Source: Burkholderiales bacterium (lineage in GTDB: Bacteria > Pseudomonadota > Gammaproteobacteria > Burkholderiales > Nitrosomonadaceae). From it: a DNA stretch of 64,000 nucleotides. Within the stretch, counting starts at the first letter, position 1. The number at the start of each line of letters is the position of its first letter. The notes under the pieces are model-generated. The model was given only the letters and a program-made list of their open reading frames with translations. It was not told the DNA's origin and ran no database searches. The translations under genes and the position numbers were made by a program. Shown here one piece after another: positions 60,268 through 64,000 of this stretch. The stretch lies in NCBI GenBank assembly GCA_024235735.1, contig JACKLU010000009.1:24667-88666 (forward strand), given 5' to 3'.

Positions 60268-60825
60268 TTACGCCTGACTATCCGTATAGACTTCCGCCAT
60301 TTTGAATGATTTGCCCTGCGCATCTTTGGCGGAAAGCGCCGGTTCCCTGTCAATAGGCCAGTCAATAGCGAGGGTGGAATCGTTCCAGATAATGCAGCGC
60401 TCATGTTCAGGCGCCCAATAGTCGGTAGTCTGGTACAGAAATTCGGCGTAATCCGAAAGCACGACAAATCCGTGCGCGAACCCTTCCGGTATCCAGAGCT
60501 GCTTTTTGTTCTCGGCGCTCAGTATTTCACCCACCCATTGACCAAAAGTCGGCGAAGCATGGCGTAGATCTACCGCTACATCGTATACTTCGCCCGCGAC
60601 GACGCGCACAAGTTTGCCTTGCGGTTGCTTTATCTGGTAATGCAAGCCGCGCAATACATTTTTCATCGAGCGGGAATGATTGTTTTGCACGAAAGCTACA
60701 TGCCTGCCGATGATCTGATCAAATTGCCGCTGATTGAAACTTTCATAGAAGAAGCCGCGCGTATCGCCAAAAACTTTGGGTTGCAGGAGATAAACATCGG
60801 GTATTGCCAGTTGTGTCGCATTCAT
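60268..60825 (-). CDS. rmlC: dTDP-4-dehydrorhamnose 3,5-epimerase
   Basis: FGDTRGFFYE, LRGLHYQ, QGKLVRV, GFAHGF. Confidence 0.95.
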   Translation of the reverse strand: MNATQLAIPDVYLLQPKVFGDTRGFFYESFNQRQFDQIIGRHVAFVQNNHSRSMKNVLRGLHYQIKQPQGKLVRVVAGEVYDVAVDLRHASPTFGQWVGEILSAENKKQLWIPEGFAHGFVVLSDYAEFLYQTTDYWAPEHERCIIWNDSTLAIDWPIDREPALSAKDAQGKSFKMAEVYTDSQA

Positions 60826-60882
60826 ATCGTTAGTCACCACGGATATTGGTCAACTGAGGGTTTATAGGTTTAGAGATGCCCT

Positions 60883-61812
60883 TTAATGTTTGCGTTGGAG
60901 AACTTGCAGCAGATACTGACCGTAACCGTTCTTCGCCAGGGGCATGGCGAGTGCCTCCAGCTGTGCGGCATCAATCCAACCCTGATGAAAAGCAATTTCT
61001 TCCGGGCAGGCAATTTTCAACCCTTGCCTATGCTCTATCGTCGCTACAAAATGACTCGCTTCGAGCAGTGATTCGTGTGTTCCGGTATCCAGCCAGGCAT
61101 AACCGCGTCCCATGATTTCGACATTCAGCGTTGAATGCTCCATGTAAATCCGGTTTACGTCCGTGATTTCCAGTTCATTGCGATGCGAAGGCTTGATGCT
61201 TTTGGCGTAATCAACAACATTGCGGTCATAAAAATATAATCCGGTTACAGCATAGTTCGATTTCGGATTCAGCGGTTTTTCTTCCAGACTCAGTACCTGC
61301 CCCTGTGTGTCAAATTCCACTACGCCGTAACGTTCGGGATCTTGCACATGATAAGCGAAAACACTGGCGCCGGATGTTTTCTGCATGGCGTTGGCCAGCA
61401 AGTGACAAAAATCATGGCCGTAGAAAATATTGTCACCTAGAACTAGCGCTGAACAATCATTGCCAATGAAAGATTCGCCAATGAGAAAAGCCTGTGCCAG
61501 TCCACCCGGCTCGGGTTGAACCGCATAAGCGATATTCAATCCCCATTGACGTCCGTCGCCGAGCAGCAGTTCATAATCGGCGATATCCTGCGGTGTTGAT
61601 ATAATCAGCAGATCGCGCATACCAGCAAGCATCAATGTGGTGAGGGGGTAATACACCATGGGCTTGTCGAAAACCGGTAACAGCTGTTTGGAAACGGCCT
61701 TGGTCACCGGGTAAAGTCTTGTTCCTGAACCACCGGCAAGCACAATTCCCTTTCTGTGCGGTATCTGTTGTTGAATACTATTTTCTTTGGTCTGTTGTGT
61801 TGATTGCGTCAC
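60883..61812 (-). CDS. rmlA: Glucose-1-phosphate thymidylyltransferase
   Basis: [41 protein letters not shown]. Confidence 0.96.
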   Translation of the reverse strand: MTQSTQQTKENSIQQQIPHRKGIVLAGGSGTRLYPVTKAVSKQLLPVFDKPMVYYPLTTLMLAGMRDLLIISTPQDIADYELLLGDGRQWGLNIAYAVQPEPGGLAQAFLIGESFIGNDCSALVLGDNIFYGHDFCHLLANAMQKTSGASVFAYHVQDPERYGVVEFDTQGQVLSLEEKPLNPKSNYAVTGLYFYDRNVVDYAKSIKPSHRNELEITDVNRIYMEHSTLNVEIMGRGYAWLDTGTHESLLEASHFVATIEHRQGLKIACPEEIAFHQGWIDAAQLEALAMPLAKNGYGQYLLQVLQRKH

Positions 61813-62046
61813 TTCGTTTATTCCGTTAAATCAGAATGGTGCGACAGGGTATGCGAGCAGATGTCAATTCAAACGCGCGTGCCGGATGTTGATCAACATA
61901 AGCAGCATGGAGTGACTCCGCTGACTGATTAAGTGAAATGCGCATTGTATACTATATTAACTTGCAGCGAGAATCGCTGCTCCAGACTTAAAATTAGGCA
62001 TCGCAATGAGAAACATGAACGGGGTGTTGAATAAATCGCAGCTACC

Positions 62047-63747
62047 ATGATTCAGACACACTATTACCGACGTCTTGCAAGCATGATGACAGCCTGCAGG
62101 CATTCTTTTTTATGGGCCTTGTCGGCCATGATGATCATGGCGGTAATAATGGCCTTCCTGCCGATGCAGATTCAACACATACTGCGCGCCGCTTTTGTCG
62201 AGCAGGACGAATCATACGCACAAACCGCACTGCTCGTTTTTATTGTACTTATCATTATTTACAGTGTTTCCGGATATGTCGGTCAGTACTGGATGAGAAA
62301 AGCAGACAAGCAGCTCGTTATGCAATTGAACAGCGTATTGTTTGACAAATTGCTTCATCTGCCTGCGCAGTACTATCAATCTTTAAGCGAGAATCATGCT
62401 GCTCAGACGGTATTACATCAGGTTCGGACGATATCGAGGACGAGCATGCAGGCGCTGACGGTATTGATGCGGGATACGTTTGCGGTTTCAGGACTCATTG
62501 CATGCCTTTTTTATTTGAACAGGGAAATTGCGATGCTGATTTGCTTGCTGATTCCTTTTGTTTTTCTGATGCTTCAGATTACAGCCGGCCAGCAAAATCG
62601 CTTTCCTGATGCCACGATGCAAAACGCCGAATCGGATAAGACCGAACTGGCTGGCTGTTTGCACCGTTGTCTTGAGAACTTTCGCTATATCCAGTTATTT
62701 GGCGGGCAACAGCAGGAGTGCCAGCACCTCGACAGTAATGCACAATCCATTCTGAACAGTGAGAATCAGCAAAATGACTATAAGGCGTTCGTTGCAATGC
62801 TCTGTCAGTTATTGATTGCCCTGATCGTCATAGCGATGGCTTATTTGCTGATGCAACAGGTTATTGACAAGACATTATCGATCGACCAGGCCGGCGCTTT
62901 TATCGCCATCATGCTGTTACTGATAATGCCCGTCAGTCGTCTGGCCGGAGTGTCTCATGTGCCTGAATTGATGCAGCGACAACTGGAACAATTGTTTGCA
63001 GTGTTTGATCTTCCCGCAGTATCAATGAATGGGGCTGTCAGCTTAACGGAAGTACGCGGAGAATTAATACTGAATCAGGTGCATGTGCGGTGTAGTGAAA
63101 AAGCGTCTTGCCAGACGTATACGCTCGATTTGAACATCAAGCCAGGGGAGACGATCGCTCTGGTTGTTGATGACAGCGCGGCAAGATTGCTGCTCATGGA
63201 TTTGCTGCTGGGTTTCAGCCCACCGGCAACGGGCGAGATAAAACTGGATGGACAGGACTACGGCCAGATCAGACGTTGCGATTTGCTTGCGCAGTTTGCC
63301 GTCATTTCCGGTATTCCGATTATTCTCGGCGATTGCATCGCGGATAATATTGCTTATGGCGATACCGGTTGCGCGCATGAAGCGCACATTATGCAGACAA
63401 TCCGGACAACCGGGGTTGCAGGTTTTGTGCGTGACATGCCGGAGGGCTTGCAGACACGAATCGATGGCAATGACGCGCGCCTGACGCGCAAGCAATGGCA
63501 GCTTGTTGCTGTCGCACGGGCATCTCTGAGAAATCCACCGATCCTAATCATCGATGATCTCTGGCCGCGGCATGTGCAGGAATTGACTGACGATGTATTC
63601 AAAGCGCTTACAGAAGTAATGCGGAACCGAACAACGATTCTGCTGCTACCGGCTATGCCGACCTGTCGGGAAGGCATTGACCGGATTCTGCTGTTGGAGA
63701 CAGGAGAAATCGTTATTCCCGGCGAACAGCGTAACTCCCACCGATGA
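62047..63747 (+). CDS. MsbA-like ABC half-transporter with a degenerate (predicted inactive) nucleotide-binding domain
   Basis: 6-TM domain plus NBD scaffold (PGETIAL, GEIKLDG, DNIAYG, MPEGLQT, ARASLRNPPILII), but Walker A, Q-loop, signature, catalytic Glu, D-loop and H-switch are all substituted. Confidence 0.8.
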   Translation: MIQTHYYRRLASMMTACRHSFLWALSAMMIMAVIMAFLPMQIQHILRAAFVEQDESYAQTALLVFIVLIIIYSVSGYVGQYWMRKADKQLVMQLNSVLFDKLLHLPAQYYQSLSENHAAQTVLHQVRTISRTSMQALTVLMRDTFAVSGLIACLFYLNREIAMLICLLIPFVFLMLQITAGQQNRFPDATMQNAESDKTELAGCLHRCLENFRYIQLFGGQQQECQHLDSNAQSILNSENQQNDYKAFVAMLCQLLIALIVIAMAYLLMQQVIDKTLSIDQAGAFIAIMLLLIMPVSRLAGVSHVPELMQRQLEQLFAVFDLPAVSMNGAVSLTEVRGELILNQVHVRCSEKASCQTYTLDLNIKPGETIALVVDDSAARLLLMDLLLGFSPPATGEIKLDGQDYGQIRRCDLLAQFAVISGIPIILGDCIADNIAYGDTGCAHEAHIMQTIRTTGVAGFVRDMPEGLQTRIDGNDARLTRKQWQLVAVARASLRNPPILIIDDLWPRHVQELTDDVFKALTEVMRNRTTILLLPAMPTCREGIDRILLLETGEIVIPGEQRNSHR

Positions 63748-63804
63748 GACGTTAAGTGTCGGAATATTTTACACGCATCGCGCAAAAAAGCCGGAGTAGG
63801 CGGA

Positions 63805-63893
63805 GTAGGCTGGGTTAGCGAAGCGTAATGCAGCATTGCCATGATGTCCACCGCAGTGTTTACGTTGGAGTTCGCAAACTCACCACCAATTTG
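63805..63893. repeat. Degenerate inverted REP-like doublet
   Basis: GTAG-GCTGGGTTAGCGAAGCGTAATGCAGC and the opposite-orientation GTTGGAGTTCGCAAACTCACCACCAATT resemble GTAG-class REP palindromes. Confidence 0.45.
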
Positions 63894-64000
63894 TGCGGTT
63901 ACGCGATTCGGGGAAGGCGAACACCGTGATCCCAACATCATCCCGCACATTTCCGCCGCTACAGACCAAAACTGTCGAAAAATTTTACAATTTCACGTTA

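Noticed and set aside
61886-61899. Palindrome ATGTTGATCAACAT as an FNR site
   Set aside because: It lacks the 4-nt spacer required between TTGAT and ATCAA; it could be another operator but this is unsupported.
63354-63950. 198-aa minus-strand ORF and other long antisense ORFs (e.g. 24118-24699, 25329-25853, 31307-31867, 55249-55797)
   Set aside because: They are shadow frames opposite well-supported genes, with no motifs or SD.

Overview
64 kb of a betaproteobacterial ammonia oxidiser chromosome, most consistent with Nitrosomonas (complete haoA-haoB-cycA-cycB cluster, Rh50 ammonia channel, stand-alone prk, hopanoid genes). The backbone is housekeeping: purMN, hpnHBMN, folP-glmM, pstS, thrS-infC-rpmI-rplT-pheST-ihfA, tRNA-Pro, surE-pcm-nlpD, uvrD, radA, rmlAC. 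Accessory patches lie at about 1.5-13.9 kb, 46.3-50.3 kb and 53.7-57 kb. No CRISPR array, rRNA, intact transposase or prophage was seen. Best leads: (1) a secreted type-1-copper cupredoxin/His-lined beta-propeller protein divergent from a porin-ECF sigma-anti-sigma-subtilase operon; (2) a His-rich PmoD/AmoD-like protein directly upstream of haoA; (3) two small proteins behind CRP-type and FNR-type sites placed at exactly -41.5; (4) a duplicated Gly/Tyr-rich protein plus glycine-zipper lipoprotein pair; (5) an intact MsbA-like ORF with every ATPase motif destroyed; (6) a 141-bp MITE in two copies with 5-bp target duplications. All family assignments come from motif recognition and memory, not database searches.
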